From contig JBFOMH010000020.1 of assembly GCA_040830765.1 (NCBI GenBank), forward strand, positions 37,332 to 101,331: a DNA stretch of 64,000 nt, written 5' to 3'. The stretch's first letter is position 1. Every line of letters begins with the position of its first letter. This document shows positions 10,563-21,065 of this stretch, piece after piece. Both the position numbers and the translations under genes were made by a program. The notes below the pieces were generated by a model. It was not told where the DNA came from, ran no database searches, and saw only the letters and a list, made by a program, of their open reading frames with translations. The stretch comes from Puniceicoccaceae bacterium. GTDB lineage: Bacteria; Verrucomicrobiota; Verrucomicrobiia; Opitutales; Oceanipulchritudinaceae.

Positions 10563-10937
10563 CTACTTTTCCCATTGAAGGGCACCCTTCTTCATCTCAT
10601 AGACCAGCCCGGCGACGAGCAAAAGGATGAAGAAAAGAACCGGTGTCAGAATGGGCAGGTTCTGAGCCAGGAAATCCCGGTAGACGAGGACCCAGGGAAT
10701 GAGGAACACAATCTCGATATCGAAGAGGATAAAGAGCATGGCCGTCACGTAGAACTTGACGCTGAAGCGTGCGGCGGAAGGGCCTTCAGGCTTGAGACCG
10801 CACTCGTAGGCGGAATCCTTGAAGCGATTACTCGGACCACGCTGTCCAAACAGGTGGCTGAAGATGAGGACCGCGGCACCAATGGAGAGGGCCAGGCCGA
10901 TTTGAATGAGGACCGGGAGATAATCCGACAGTTCCAT
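10563..10937 (-). CDS. nuoA: NADH-quinone oxidoreductase subunit A
   Basis: Three TM segments, YECG, FYVTAMLFILFDIE and YEMKKGALQW motifs. Confidence 0.95.
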   Translation of the reverse strand: MELSDYLPVLIQIGLALSIGAAVLIFSHLFGQRGPSNRFKDSAYECGLKPEGPSAARFSVKFYVTAMLFILFDIEIVFLIPWVLVYRDFLAQNLPILTPVLFFILLLVAGLVYEMKKGALQWEK

Positions 10938-10981
10938 GATGTCTGACAGAAAACCCTCCAATTGCTTATCCGCAAGGTAAT

Positions 10982-12052
10982 TCAATCACCAGCAGTGCCG
11001 GGTACCTCAATGAAGCGGGTTTCGGAAGGAATTCCACGCCCCAGTCCCAGTTGCATTGAATAAAGGACAAACTCTGGAACCTCTGGCAATCGCCGAAAAC
11101 CTCTTGAATCCCGGGCCCGGTTGATCAGCTTGACCAAATTGGCATCGAGAATGACCGGGTCCACCGACATCCACAATTCCGGTTGGCTGCTGGTGTAGTT
11201 GGCATTATACGCTGGGCCGGCAATGAACTGATATTGCTCAAGACTGACGAGGTTCAAGGCCCATGCTGAATTCAACTCGGGAATGGCCGCGACCTCAGCT
11301 ACCGCTACAGGAGCATTGGCCGGGCTGCTGAAAAAGCGGGTGGCGTTAGTGATGTTCCACAGGCTGGCATTGACGAGGGCCCCGCTCATGCCGGTCGACG
11401 GGTGATGGCTGACAACCGGCATGTTAATCCAGAAATCAACCTGCCCGAGCAAGAGTGCAGGGAGAAAGCTCTTCCGCGCCTTGACTGGGTCAGGCTCAAT
11501 CAATGGCCGGAGCATCTCCCGGCCCAGGGGACTGGTGTATTCCCTCGGCAAGGGGCTTTCGTAAAACCAGGTCGGTGATTGCAGCGCTCCCTCATCCAGG
11601 CCATAGACGCGGACACCCTTGAAATAGGGCCCAAGACTGCGAGCCTGGCTGAGGGGTGGCAGGAATCCAGCTTCCCTCAAAAGCCTTTCCTCTGCGTCAA
11701 CCAGGCAAATGTTTTCCCTCTGGAATCCCCGGTCAACGAGGGCATCGACCACGGCCAGAACCATGCTTTCCGGCGTGTGCAGGCCGGCTCCTGAGTTGGT
11801 GTAGATTTTCAGGGCCACGCGACCATGTTCAGCCGGGACCAACTCCTTGCCTGTCTTGGATTCAAACTCGGCCAGCAGTGTTTCGATGGCTTGCTGGTAA
11901 TTGCTGGCGGAGAAGTCCTTCATCGGGGTACGCCAAATTACCCCATGCCAGGCCTTCTTGGCTTCGTTCTCGAAATCCCAGAAGATTCCCTCCGCTGCAT
12001 CAGCGAGGAAAGGAAGCAAAGTCGTTGCTATTAGGCACCAAAGGGCTTTCAT
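10982..12052 (-). CDS. exported DUF362-like protein
   Basis: Signal peptide. VALKIYT...TP..MVLAVVDAL, DFWINMPVVSHH and SVDPVILDA resemble the DUF362 core. Confidence 0.6.
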   Translation of the reverse strand: MKALWCLIATTLLPFLADAAEGIFWDFENEAKKAWHGVIWRTPMKDFSASNYQQAIETLLAEFESKTGKELVPAEHGRVALKIYTNSGAGLHTPESMVLAVVDALVDRGFQRENICLVDAEERLLREAGFLPPLSQARSLGPYFKGVRVYGLDEGALQSPTWFYESPLPREYTSPLGREMLRPLIEPDPVKARKSFLPALLLGQVDFWINMPVVSHHPSTGMSGALVNASLWNITNATRFFSSPANAPVAVAEVAAIPELNSAWALNLVSLEQYQFIAGPAYNANYTSSQPELWMSVDPVILDANLVKLINRARDSRGFRRLPEVPEFVLYSMQLGLGRGIPSETRFIEVPGTAGD

Positions 12053-12101
12053 TTCTACTTATTGGGTCTAAATCGGGATAATTGTCCAATACGAAACAAG
12101 A

Positions 12102-13535
12102 ATGACACGATTAGTTTGGAAGCCATTTTTTGCTCTGGGGTTCATCCTTTTTTTGATTTTTTCCGGATGTGGAGAACGGCAGGTCCCTGTTGAGGAAATC
12201 GTTCAACAAGCGGAATCCCTGATGGAAGTGGGCCAGATCGAGGGAGCGATTAGCCTCCTGGAAAAGGGTCTGGATTCAAACCCCAACCGGGTTGACATCA
12301 TGGAACCGCTGGCCTTTGCCTACTCCGCCAGCGGGGACCCCGTGATGGCCGCGATCACCTTCAAACGCATCGCGGACCTGGTAGCCGAAGAACCGGAATA
12401 CCTTCTCTATTCCGCTGAATCCCTTCTTGAGGCAGATGACCGAAAAGGTGCGGTAGCCCGCTATGAGGAGTACCTTGAGGTACGTCCTGAGGACCGTGCG
12501 ATCTGGATTACCCTGGCCGAACTGCAGGCGGATTCCGGAAGAATGGGGGAAGCTCTGGAGGCATTTCTGGCAGCTGAACGGATTCAGACCCGTCCGGTAC
12601 AACAGGTTGCCATCGGCCAGCTATATCTGCGCTCCCAGAATCTCGCCCAGGCCCAATCGTGGTTTGCGAGGGCCCTGGAAGGCGATGCCGATGTCCGGGA
12701 TGAGGCCCTTCTGGGACTTTTGGAAACGGCGATCCGCTCTAAGCGTTTTTCAGAAGCGGAACAATTGCTCCGACAAATTGATGCGGAGTACCCTGGTCGA
12801 GTCGACCAGTCCTCCCTTGACGGGGTCAGGGACCAACTGGCGGAGTGGCGTCGGCGCCGGGAGGCCGCATTGGAAGCATTGGCGGCCTTGGAGGAAAAAG
12901 CTGCCGAGGAGGCGGCGGCCAGAGAGTCCTCAGCCGAGCCGGAGGAAGCTGTGGTCGCGGAGGCCGTTGAAACGATCCCTGAGCCGGTTCCAGAGGCGGT
13001 TGCGGAAAGTGAGTCCGAGCCGGAGGGTCCGCCAGCTGCTGATGAGCCCGTGCGGGAAGTTGCCGCCCAGCCAAGACCGGAAGATCACCTTGCCTGGGCT
13101 CGACAATACCGGGAACAAGGGGATACGGAGGAGGCGATTCGCCGCTACAAGCAGGCCCTCGTGAAAAACGACAACCAACCGGTGATTTGGGCAGAGTTGA
13201 GCGAGCTGTATTTGGAGACCGGGCAGAACAGATGGGCCCAAGCAACCGCAAACGAAGCATTGCGGCGGGATCCGCAAAATCCAAAATTGTTCCTTCAGTT
13301 TCTACGGGCGGCCCAGCGGACCATGGACCCGCAGCAAGTTATTAATGAAGCAGAAAATGGCTACCGGCAGTTTCCCGAACAACCGGAGATCGTCCTTGTT
13401 CTCGCCCGAGCCTATGCCGATCAGGGGAATGCCCGCAACGCCTACATGCTTTTCCGCAAGTTTCTCGACCTGGTCCCGTTGGAGCATCCAGAACGGGCAA
13501 ATGTTGAATTTGAGTTGCAACAGCTGGGACGGTGA
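12102..13535 (+). CDS. tetratricopeptide-repeat lipoprotein
   Basis: Lipobox LIFSGC. Two TPR-like helical blocks separated by an E/P/A-rich linker. Confidence 0.8.
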   Translation: MTRLVWKPFFALGFILFLIFSGCGERQVPVEEIVQQAESLMEVGQIEGAISLLEKGLDSNPNRVDIMEPLAFAYSASGDPVMAAITFKRIADLVAEEPEYLLYSAESLLEADDRKGAVARYEEYLEVRPEDRAIWITLAELQADSGRMGEALEAFLAAERIQTRPVQQVAIGQLYLRSQNLAQAQSWFARALEGDADVRDEALLGLLETAIRSKRFSEAEQLLRQIDAEYPGRVDQSSLDGVRDQLAEWRRRREAALEALAALEEKAAEEAAARESSAEPEEAVVAEAVETIPEPVPEAVAESESEPEGPPAADEPVREVAAQPRPEDHLAWARQYREQGDTEEAIRRYKQALVKNDNQPVIWAELSELYLETGQNRWAQATANEALRRDPQNPKLFLQFLRAAQRTMDPQQVINEAENGYRQFPEQPEIVLVLARAYADQGNARNAYMLFRKFLDLVPLEHPERANVEFELQQLGR

Positions 13536-13567
13536 TGGTCCCCCGATTCCTGCCAGCTTACTGAGGT

Positions 13568-15430
13568 ATGCCGTTTTTTTCTGAAGAGACCCTGCAGGCT
13601 GTACGGGCTATCCCCTTGTACGACATTGTCCGGGGAACAGTCGAGTTGAGCCGCTCCGGGCGTAACTGGAAAGGCTTGAGCCCGTTCACCGATGAGAAAA
13701 CGCCCTCTTTCTACATCCTCACGGACAAAAACTACTACAAGTGCCATTCCAGCGGGTTGGCCGGTGATGGAATCCGATTTCTCCAGGAGACGGAGAAACT
13801 GACCTTCCCCGAGGCGGTCGAGGCTTTGGCGGAGCGCTTCAACATCCCGGTTACCTACGCCAGCGGGCAAGGACCCGACCCGGAGGTGAGAAGCCTCAAG
13901 CAGGCCCTTCTGGATATCCATGAGTATGCCCGCGAGTATTATCACCAGGCGTTTCTGGCAGATCATCCGGTGGCTGAGGAGATTCGCCGCTACTGGATTG
14001 AAGAGAGGGGATTTCCCCTCGAGCTGGCGGAGGAATTCAGTATTGGGTTTGCTCCACCGAAGAGCCGGCGCCTGCTGGAAGTTTTGCAAGGCAAGGGATT
14101 TTCAAACAAGGCCTTGGCTGAATCAGGACTGTTCCACACCCGTGGCAGGCCCTCTGATCCGGATTCCTGGTTTTTCGTTTTCAATGGTCGCTTGATGATT
14201 CCCATTCGGGATCTTCAGGGACAGGTGATTGCCTTCACTGCGCGGCAGCTCGAGATGACACCGAAAGACCACGCTTCCTGGAAGGCCAAGTACATCAATT
14301 CACCGGAGACGCTGCTGTTCAGGAAAAGTCATTTGCTCTTCAATCTGGACCGGGCCAAGGAGGTTGTCCGGGAAAGTGGCCGCATTCTCCTCGTCGAGGG
14401 CCAGTTGGATGCATTGCGCTGCTGGAACTGCGGATTAAAGGACGCGGTTGCCCCTCAAGGAACTTCTGTCACGGAAGACCAGCTAAAGCTGGTTAAGCGG
14501 TATGTCGACAGGCTTGAGGTTCTCCTGGACAACGATGCAGCCGGTGCCAAGGCGGTGTTGCGGCTCTTGCCAATGGCGTTCAAGTGCGGTTTGGAGGTCC
14601 ATGTTATCAACCTGCCAGAAGGGGAGGATCCTGATGACTTTTTATTGAAAAACGGGGCTGAAGCCGTTGCCGGACTGGAGAATCAGTCAGGTATTTCTTT
14701 TGCCGGGAAGGTCCTGGTCGGGACAGGGGCACCGTCCCCTGAGCAACGGTCAAAGGCCCTCCATTCACTGTTTGAAATGCTTGCCGCCTGCCCCAGTGCT
14801 GTTGTCCGGGAAGGGTATTTTGAAGATGCCGTCGCAGCCACCGGGGTATCCCGGGAGGCTGCCCGCCAGGACTTTGCCCGGTTCTCCGTTGCCGCACCAA
14901 CAGCCAAGCAGGCCATACCCGCCAAAACCATAAAACGGGGAACAAATTCATCCGAAACATTGACAAACTTGGAAGGCGACTTAGTTTGGGCCGTCCTTAA
15001 GAATGTTGGGTGGGCTGAATCTCTTGCGCAGGTCATTGACCATCAATGGATTAGAATCCATACCATCGAAGGCAAAGTGCTGTCCCGCATTCTGGCCCAG
15101 GCAACAGTTGATCGCATTGAAAATTCTGACGACATCCTTTTCCTTCTCGAGACTGACGAAGAGCGGGATTGTGTGGCTCGCTACACGGTGGATGACCGCC
15201 CGGATTCCGACATGCCAACTTATGTCAACCAGACCATCGCTTCATTGGCCCGTCGTTTCTGCAAGGAACGGGTCGATCATTTGAACCAGGAAATTTCCAA
15301 AACCACCCAGACCAATAGTGATCCTTCCCAAATCCGTGATTTCATGATGGAGCGTCAGGAGCTGATGCGCTTCATGCAAACCGGTCCTTTCCCAACAGCC
15401 GAATCACCCCCTGCCTCCACCGACGAATAA
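13568..15430 (+). CDS. dnaG: DNA primase
   Basis: [22 protein letters not shown] and Toprim (VEGQLD, DNDAAG, GEDPDD) motifs. Lies upstream of rpoD. Confidence 0.96.
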   Translation: MPFFSEETLQAVRAIPLYDIVRGTVELSRSGRNWKGLSPFTDEKTPSFYILTDKNYYKCHSSGLAGDGIRFLQETEKLTFPEAVEALAERFNIPVTYASGQGPDPEVRSLKQALLDIHEYAREYYHQAFLADHPVAEEIRRYWIEERGFPLELAEEFSIGFAPPKSRRLLEVLQGKGFSNKALAESGLFHTRGRPSDPDSWFFVFNGRLMIPIRDLQGQVIAFTARQLEMTPKDHASWKAKYINSPETLLFRKSHLLFNLDRAKEVVRESGRILLVEGQLDALRCWNCGLKDAVAPQGTSVTEDQLKLVKRYVDRLEVLLDNDAAGAKAVLRLLPMAFKCGLEVHVINLPEGEDPDDFLLKNGAEAVAGLENQSGISFAGKVLVGTGAPSPEQRSKALHSLFEMLAACPSAVVREGYFEDAVAATGVSREAARQDFARFSVAAPTAKQAIPAKTIKRGTNSSETLTNLEGDLVWAVLKNVGWAESLAQVIDHQWIRIHTIEGKVLSRILAQATVDRIENSDDILFLLETDEERDCVARYTVDDRPDSDMPTYVNQTIASLARRFCKERVDHLNQEISKTTQTNSDPSQIRDFMMERQELMRFMQTGPFPTAESPPASTDE

Positions 15431-15458
15431 CGATCCTTCCCAACTTTTCAAACCGACC

Positions 15459-17579
15459 ATGCCAGCAAAGAAAACATCTGCCAAGAAACAGCCTCAAAAG
15501 AAAAAAGCAGCTGCCAAGAAAGCCGCTGTGAAGAAATCCGCCCCCAAAAAGGCTACCGCCAAAAAAGCGGCCACCAAGAAGGTTGCTGTGAAAAAGACGG
15601 CTACCAAGAAGGCGACTGCGAAAAAAGCGCCCACGAAGAAGGCTGCGGCGAAGAAGACACCTGCCAAAAAGGCAGCCGCGAAAAAAGTGAGTGCCAAGAA
15701 AAAGGCATCGGCAACCAAGAAGGCTGCGACCAAGAAGACCGCTGCCAAGAAGGTTGCGGCCAAGAAAGTGCCTGCGAAAAAGTCGGCCGCGGCGGCCAAG
15801 AAAGCGGCTGCCGAAAAGAAAGCGGCAGCCAGAAAATCCAATCTTGAGGCCGTGGCCAAGAAGATAGCGGAGAAGAAAGCCTCCGGTAAGAAAGGGAAGG
15901 CCAAGGACAAGGCCGCTACCGGCGAGGACAAGTCCGCGGATGTCAATGATCGCATCCGTTCGCTGATCCGGCTGTCCAAGGAGCAGGGTTTTCTGACCTA
16001 CAAGGATATCAACAGCCAGCTTCCTGAAACCGTTGATTCCCCCAGCGAGATTGAAAACGTCATCACTATCCTCGAGAACCTCGACATCGATATCATCGAT
16101 TCCGAGGAGGTGGAGATGTACAAGCAGCGCCTCGAGGAAAGTACCGAGGAGGAAGTCCGCAATGCCCAGTCGGACATTCTTGATGATCCGGTGCGCATGT
16201 ATCTCAAGCAGATGGGACAAGTGCCCCTGCTGACCCGCGAGGAGGAAGTGGCTATTTCCAAGCGCATTGAGGAAGCCGAGATGCGTGCCATGGATACCCT
16301 TTTCTCGATCGCCTTCACAAAGGGCTTCCAGAGGGAATTGGCGCAAAAGCTGATCGATCGGGATGAACGGTTCGACCGTGTAGTCCTCGACAAGAAGATC
16401 GAAAGCCGGGAGCAGTACTTCAAGTTGTTGCCGCGACTCATTGAGCAGATTGATGCCATTGAGAAGAAGCTGGATGAGGCCTGGGTTGTGGCCCAGTCTG
16501 GCAAGGACAAGGGGACCCGGGAGAAGGCCTTCAAGCGTTACGAAAAATACCAGGCTGAGCTAAAGCCGATTTTCCGCAAATTCTGTTTCAAATTGAAGGT
16601 TTTCGAGGAGTATCTGGAAACCCTCGAACCGATGATCCGAGAAATCCACACCGTGGTGGAGAGCAAAAAATTGGCCGAGCAGGCTAAGACGCGGCGCGGC
16701 CGGGCCATCGACATCGACAAGGTCAACAAGCGGCTGGGGGAAATCCAGCAGCAGTTACGGGTCGAGCCGACCGATTTCCTTGATATCCTCAAAGGTGTCC
16801 GCCGCGGAATGCGCATGGCTCACCGGGCAAAGACGGAAATGGTGGAAGCCAATCTGCGATTGGTCATTTCCATTGCCAAGAAGTACACCAACCGTGGTCT
16901 CAGCTTCCTGGACCTGATCCAGGAAGGCAACATGGGCCTGATGAAGGCGGTCGAGAAGTTCGAGTACCGCCGGGGCTACAAATTCAGTACCTATGCCACA
17001 TGGTGGATTCGTCAGGCCATTACCCGCTCCATTGCCGACCAGGCCCGGACCATTCGAATTCCGGTCCACATGATTGAAACCCTCAATAAGGTCATGCAGG
17101 TTCAGAAGCAGCTTCTCCAGGAGCTCGGACATGAGCCTACTGCTGAAGAGGTGGCCGATGAAATGGATCTCCCCGTGGAACGGGTGCAGCAGATCATGAA
17201 GATGGCCCAGCAGCCGATTTCCCTGCAAAGCCCGGTCGGGGACAGCGATGATACCAATTTTGGTGACTTCATTGAGGACAAGGGTGCTGACAATCCCTAC
17301 GACATGACGGCCTATTCCCTTCTCCGGGAGAAAATCATGGATGTCCTCGATTCCCTGACGGACCGCGAACGGCGCGTCCTCAGCCTGCGATTTGGTCTGG
17401 TGGACGGATACAGCCGGACACTGGAGGAAGTGGGTCGCCAGTTCAACGTGACCCGGGAACGTATCCGCCAAATCGAGGCCAAAGCCTTGAGGAAGATGCG
17501 TCACCCCACCCGCATCCGCCAGTTGCACGGATTCTTCGAGCCCGAGCACGTGAAGAATCAGCTGGAACCGAATCCGTAG
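15459..17579 (+). CDS. rpoD: primary sigma factor RpoD with Lys/Ala-rich N-terminal extension
   Basis: [50 protein letters not shown] and TLEEVG...TRERIRQIE motifs. Confidence 0.98.
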   Translation: MPAKKTSAKKQPQKKKAAAKKAAVKKSAPKKATAKKAATKKVAVKKTATKKATAKKAPTKKAAAKKTPAKKAAAKKVSAKKKASATKKAATKKTAAKKVAAKKVPAKKSAAAAKKAAAEKKAAARKSNLEAVAKKIAEKKASGKKGKAKDKAATGEDKSADVNDRIRSLIRLSKEQGFLTYKDINSQLPETVDSPSEIENVITILENLDIDIIDSEEVEMYKQRLEESTEEEVRNAQSDILDDPVRMYLKQMGQVPLLTREEEVAISKRIEEAEMRAMDTLFSIAFTKGFQRELAQKLIDRDERFDRVVLDKKIESREQYFKLLPRLIEQIDAIEKKLDEAWVVAQSGKDKGTREKAFKRYEKYQAELKPIFRKFCFKLKVFEEYLETLEPMIREIHTVVESKKLAEQAKTRRGRAIDIDKVNKRLGEIQQQLRVEPTDFLDILKGVRRGMRMAHRAKTEMVEANLRLVISIAKKYTNRGLSFLDLIQEGNMGLMKAVEKFEYRRGYKFSTYATWWIRQAITRSIADQARTIRIPVHMIETLNKVMQVQKQLLQELGHEPTAEEVADEMDLPVERVQQIMKMAQQPISLQSPVGDSDDTNFGDFIEDKGADNPYDMTAYSLLREKIMDVLDSLTDRERRVLSLRFGLVDGYSRTLEEVGRQFNVTRERIRQIEAKALRKMRHPTRIRQLHGFFEPEHVKNQLEPNP

Positions 17580-17590
17580 TTCGTCGCCTT

Positions 17591-17673
17591 TGGAGTGCGG
17601 CGGCTTGACGCCGCCTTCAATCAGGCTCGACATGTCGAGCCCTTTCAAGGCGCTGACATGTCAGCGCACTCCA
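17591..17673. repeat. REP-like multi-palindromic intergenic element
   Basis: Terminal inverted repeat TGGAGTGCG...CGCACTCCA. It encloses the hairpin GCGGCG-gcttga-CGCCGC and two perfect 18-bp palindromes, GGCTCGACATGTCGAGCC (17624-17641) and GCGCTGACATGTCAGCGC (17650-17667). Confidence 0.7.
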
Positions 17674-17681
17674 TGGAGGAC

Positions 17682-17714
17682 AAAAAAAGACCACACGGAA
17701 AGGTGTGGCCTTTT
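17682..17714 (-). terminator. intrinsic terminator of rpmG (possibly bidirectional)
   Basis: Minus strand reads GGCCACAC-ctttcc-GTGTGGTC then TTTTTTT. A short T run also follows on the plus side, downstream of rpoD. Confidence 0.75.
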
Positions 17715-17739
17715 AGTTTTAAAAAGCTTGGTAAGAAGC

Positions 17740-17907
17740 CTACTTGATTTCGCGGTGCAGGGTGTGGCGGCGAAGATGAGGATTGTACTTCTTCTTCTCG
17801 ATGCGGCCCTGTTGCAGCTTCTTGTTGCGGGTGGACATGTAGCGGGAAACCGGCTTGTTCTCTCCGCGGGCTTCTGTGCATTCCAAAATGATGTGTTCTC
17901 TCGGCAT
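17740..17907 (-). CDS. rpmG: 50S ribosomal protein L33 (C-minus type)
   Basis: [12 protein letters not shown]...RYMSTRNKK...[21 protein letters not shown]. The start is the ATG at 17907, not the longer ORF-track start. Confidence 0.95.
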   Translation of the reverse strand: MPREHIILECTEARGENKPVSRYMSTRNKKLQQGRIEKKKYNPHLRRHTLHREIK

Positions 17908-17980
17908 GGCTAAAAATAGGTTAAACGGGGTAACCTGAGGGTTTTTACAGGCTGTGCAAGTCAGAAATGACCCCGTGAGA

Positions 17981-19072
17981 TCAATTTCCGGACCCGGCTG
18001 CTGCGGTTCCGTTTTCTTCCTGATGCCCAAGGGAACTGCCCCCGACCACCTGGACCTTGCCATAGATGGCCCGGGTGATTTCCTCGGCCACGTCCGGATT
18101 TTCCATCAGGTACTGCTTGGCGGCTTCGCGGCCCTGGCCAACAAGATTGCCGTCGTAGGAAATCCAGGAGCCCTTTTTCTCGAGGATCTTGTGCTCAAGC
18201 CCGAGGTCGAGAACGGAGCCCGTACGCGAGATACCCTCGTTGTACATGATGTCGAACTCGCACTCTGTGAAGGGTGGGGCGACCTTGTTCTTGACCACCT
18301 TGAGCCGCGTCCGGTTACCCTTGACCGAGCCGGATGTGTCCTTGATGGCCCCGATGCGACGGATATCCATCCGGATGGAGGCGAAGAACTTGAGTGCCCG
18401 GCCGCCCGGTTGGGTTTCCGGATTGCCAAACATGACCCCGATTTTCTCGCGAATCTGGTTGGTGAAAAGGCAGACACACTGGGTGCGGTTGATGGCTGCG
18501 GTCAGGCGCCGCATGGCCTGGCTCATCATCCGGGCCTGCAAGCCGACGGTGCTGTCCCCGAACTGGCCATCGAGCTCATTCTTGGAGACGAGAGCCGCCA
18601 CCGAGTCGATGACAATAATGTCGATGGCGCCGCTGCGGATCAGTGTTTCAGTAATATTGAGGGCATCCTCACCGCTTTCGGGCTGGGAAACCATGAGATT
18701 ATCCACGTCCACCCCGACCACCCGGGCGTAGCGCGGGTCAAGGGCATGCTCGACATCGATGAAAACGGCGTTGCCGCCAGCCCGCTGGGCCTGGGCAATC
18801 AAAGCCAGGCAAAGGGTGGTCTTACCGGAGGATTCCGGACCGTAGATTTCGCTGATACGACCTCTGGGGAGCCCGCCGACGCCGAGGGCCAGGTCAATTG
18901 AAGGACAACCGGTGGGAATAACGGGTATTTCCACCTTGGAGGCTTCCCCGAGGCGCATGATGGCGCCATCGCCGAATTGCTTGTTGATGGCGGAAAGGGC
19001 TAAATCGAGAGCCTTGTTCCCCGGTGCGGGTGCTTTTGTGGATTTTGCTGTCGTGCTGCGTGCCATGATCAT
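17981..19072 (-). CDS. recA: recombinase RecA
   Basis: [41 protein letters not shown] and KNKVAPPF motifs. Start is 19072 or 19066. Confidence 0.99.
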   Translation of the reverse strand: MIMARSTTAKSTKAPAPGNKALDLALSAINKQFGDGAIMRLGEASKVEIPVIPTGCPSIDLALGVGGLPRGRISEIYGPESSGKTTLCLALIAQAQRAGGNAVFIDVEHALDPRYARVVGVDVDNLMVSQPESGEDALNITETLIRSGAIDIIVIDSVAALVSKNELDGQFGDSTVGLQARMMSQAMRRLTAAINRTQCVCLFTNQIREKIGVMFGNPETQPGGRALKFFASIRMDIRRIGAIKDTSGSVKGNRTRLKVVKNKVAPPFTECEFDIMYNEGISRTGSVLDLGLEHKILEKKGSWISYDGNLVGQGREAAKQYLMENPDVAEEITRAIYGKVQVVGGSSLGHQEENGTAAAGSGN

Positions 19073-19233
19073 GAAATTGTTTAGCTTTCAGGTTTCTAGC
19101 AACTTGAGACCATAATTATTTTCAGGCAAGAAAAATGTGTTATTATGTTCACTATTTCTGAAATGGCTGAAATTTGGCGCTGAATTACACCGGCGGCATT
19201 GACCTTGGTCCGGATCTGGCCATCCCTGAAGGC

Positions 19234-19785
19234 ATGATCTGTGTGATTTCGGGAACCTCGCGTGACGGCAGCAACGGCCTCAAGGTGGCGCGGCATGTCG
19301 CTGGTATCTATGAAGAATTGGGGGAAACCGTCGAGTTGCTGGACCTGTCCGGATTGCCGGATGGATCGTTCAGCGAGTCGGTTTTCAAGGAGAAGCCGGC
19401 CGATTTGGAGGCAGCCTACACCGACAAGGTCCTGGCCTCGGACGGCGTTGTGGTGGTGGTGCCGGAATACAATGGCAGCTATCCCGGCATCCTGAAGCAT
19501 TTCATTGATCTTCTGCCTTTTCCGGAAAGCTTTGAGTGTCGTCCGGTGGCTTTTATTGGCATCGCCGGGGGGTATTACGGTGGCTTGCGGGCGGTTGAGC
19601 AGCTGCAGATGGTTTTTGCCTACCGCAATGCCTATCTCTTCAACCGGAGGGTCTTCATTCCCTCGGCTTACAGCCTCTTCGATGAGGCAGGCGAAATTAA
19701 GGACGACGATCTCAAGGATCGCCTCAAGCTTCAGTCGACCAAGTTTATCGCCTTCTCAAAGGCCTTGAAGGGTTTGGAAGGATAA
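19234..19785 (+). CDS. NADPH-dependent FMN reductase
   Basis: ISGTSRDGS, PEYNGSYPGILKHFID and GGLRAVEQL flavodoxin-like motifs. Confidence 0.9.
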   Translation: MICVISGTSRDGSNGLKVARHVAGIYEELGETVELLDLSGLPDGSFSESVFKEKPADLEAAYTDKVLASDGVVVVVPEYNGSYPGILKHFIDLLPFPESFECRPVAFIGIAGGYYGGLRAVEQLQMVFAYRNAYLFNRRVFIPSAYSLFDEAGEIKDDDLKDRLKLQSTKFIAFSKALKGLEG

Positions 19786-19817
19786 GAGTGGAACTTTCCA
19801 GCGTCTTTTTGCACTAT

Positions 19818-20534
19818 ATGGATATGAGACGCTCAATTACCCTTTTCCTTGGACTGGGATTGCTGCTGGTCCTGTTTTCCGGTTGTGCGACCACCCACAA
19901 GGTCCGCGTTGATGCCCTGAGCATGGGTTCAGTGAACAGTGGTTCCGGTTTCACATATGTTCTGGCCAGCGGAACTGAAGGAGTTGATGAGACCGACTTG
20001 TTCTTCAAGACTGTGGGCCGTCATGTGAACCCGGTGCTGACCGGCAAAGGTTACCGCCTGGTTGAGGACCCGACGATGGCGGAACTGGTCATTGTCGTGG
20101 ATGCCTACATGTCCGAGCCACTGGTGGAGACCCGGCACTATTCCGAGCCGGTTTATTTACGTACCGGCGGATATTATCATCGGTACCGGGTGCCGGTCGT
20201 GAACAAGGACGGAAAAGTGGTTCGCTACCACTATGGCTACTACTGGGACCCGGGTTACATGCACCACGGTGGCTGGGTCAACAGCACCAGCCAGATCACG
20301 GTCTATGACAAGGTATTGCACCTGAGTGCAAAGCGCCTGTTGCCCACCGGTGAAGCAGGTGAGGAGGAGTGGACGACCAAGGCGGTCCTGCGCAACCGCT
20401 CCACGGACTATCGTTCCGCGTTGCCCATCCTCCTGATGGCGGCAACTCCTTATATCGGAGAAGAAACCGAGAAACAGGAGACGATTACCATCCGCGAGGA
20501 TTCACCAGAGTTGGAGTCGTACAAGGTCAACTAA
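19818..20534 (+). CDS. hypothetical lipoprotein (DUF4136-like)
   Basis: Lipobox LFSGC and a Tyr/Gly-rich central segment. Confidence 0.65.
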   Translation: MDMRRSITLFLGLGLLLVLFSGCATTHKVRVDALSMGSVNSGSGFTYVLASGTEGVDETDLFFKTVGRHVNPVLTGKGYRLVEDPTMAELVIVVDAYMSEPLVETRHYSEPVYLRTGGYYHRYRVPVVNKDGKVVRYHYGYYWDPGYMHHGGWVNSTSQITVYDKVLHLSAKRLLPTGEAGEEEWTTKAVLRNRSTDYRSALPILLMAATPYIGEETEKQETITIREDSPELESYKVN

Positions 20535-20540
20535 GGCGGA

Positions 20541-21065
20541 ATGGCGGACAATCCCGACGAGCTTTTTGATGTCGTAGACAATGCGGATCGCGTCGTAGGT
20601 GTTGCCCGGAGGGCGGATGTCCATGCCAAGGGCCTTCTGCACCGGGCGGTCCATATCCTTGTCCTCCGGAAAGACGGGGCCATTTTCCTGCAGCAGCGTT
20701 CGATGGAGAAGGACAGTCATCCGGGCAAATGGGATTCTTCAGCCAGTGGTCATCTGGATAGCGGCGAAGGCTACGCTGAAGCAGCGGTGCGTGAATTGCG
20801 GGAAGAGCTTGGCGTGGAAGTGGATGACCTCATCGAGATCGGGAGGCTTCCTGCGAGCGAGGCAACAGGCCAGGAATTTGTACGCATCTACTGGGCCTTC
20901 CACGAGGGCCCCTTCCAGTTGCATCCGGATGAGATCGCTGGAGGCAAGTGGATTTCCCCTGCCGGTTTGGCGGCATGGATAGAGAAAATGCCGGAAGACT
21001 TTGCCCGTTGCTTCCTTGATGTCTTTGCCGAAGCCCTGCCGGTATTGGGAAAACTCAGCCGCTGA
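20541..21065 (+). CDS. NUDIX hydrolase (IDI/YfcD-like)
   Basis: GLLHRAVHI, QQRS..KD..PG.WD and Nudix box GHLDSGE...AAVRELREELG. Confidence 0.9.
   Translation: MADNPDELFDVVDNADRVVGVARRADVHAKGLLHRAVHILVLRKDGAIFLQQRSMEKDSHPGKWDSSASGHLDSGEGYAEAAVRELREELGVEVDDLIEIGRLPASEATGQEFVRIYWAFHEGPFQLHPDEIAGGKWISPAGLAAWIEKMPEDFARCFLDVFAEALPVLGKLSR

Noticed and set aside
15372..17648. Long minus-strand ORFs (324 aa, 297 aa, and 161 aa of FLAA repeats) opposite rpoD
   Set aside because: Antisense shadows of a conserved GC-rich gene. The hydrophobic FLAA repeats are the reverse complement of the KKAA repeats.
17590..17673. REP-like cloverleaf as a tRNA, or the MECGGLTPP ORF as a gene
   Set aside because: No T-loop GTTC or D-loop consensus is present, and the arms are perfect palindromes. 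The ORF runs antisense through rpmG.
17954..18901. 315-aa plus-strand ORF opposite recA, and similar ORFs at 5235-6197, 26213-27058, 34178-35251, 40027-40905 and 42946-43860
   Set aside because: Each overlaps a well-supported gene on the other strand and has no recognisable motifs.
19130..19165. Possible LexA (SOS) box upstream of recA
   Set aside because: Only a TGTTC half-site is present. I see no complete palindrome or clean direct repeat.
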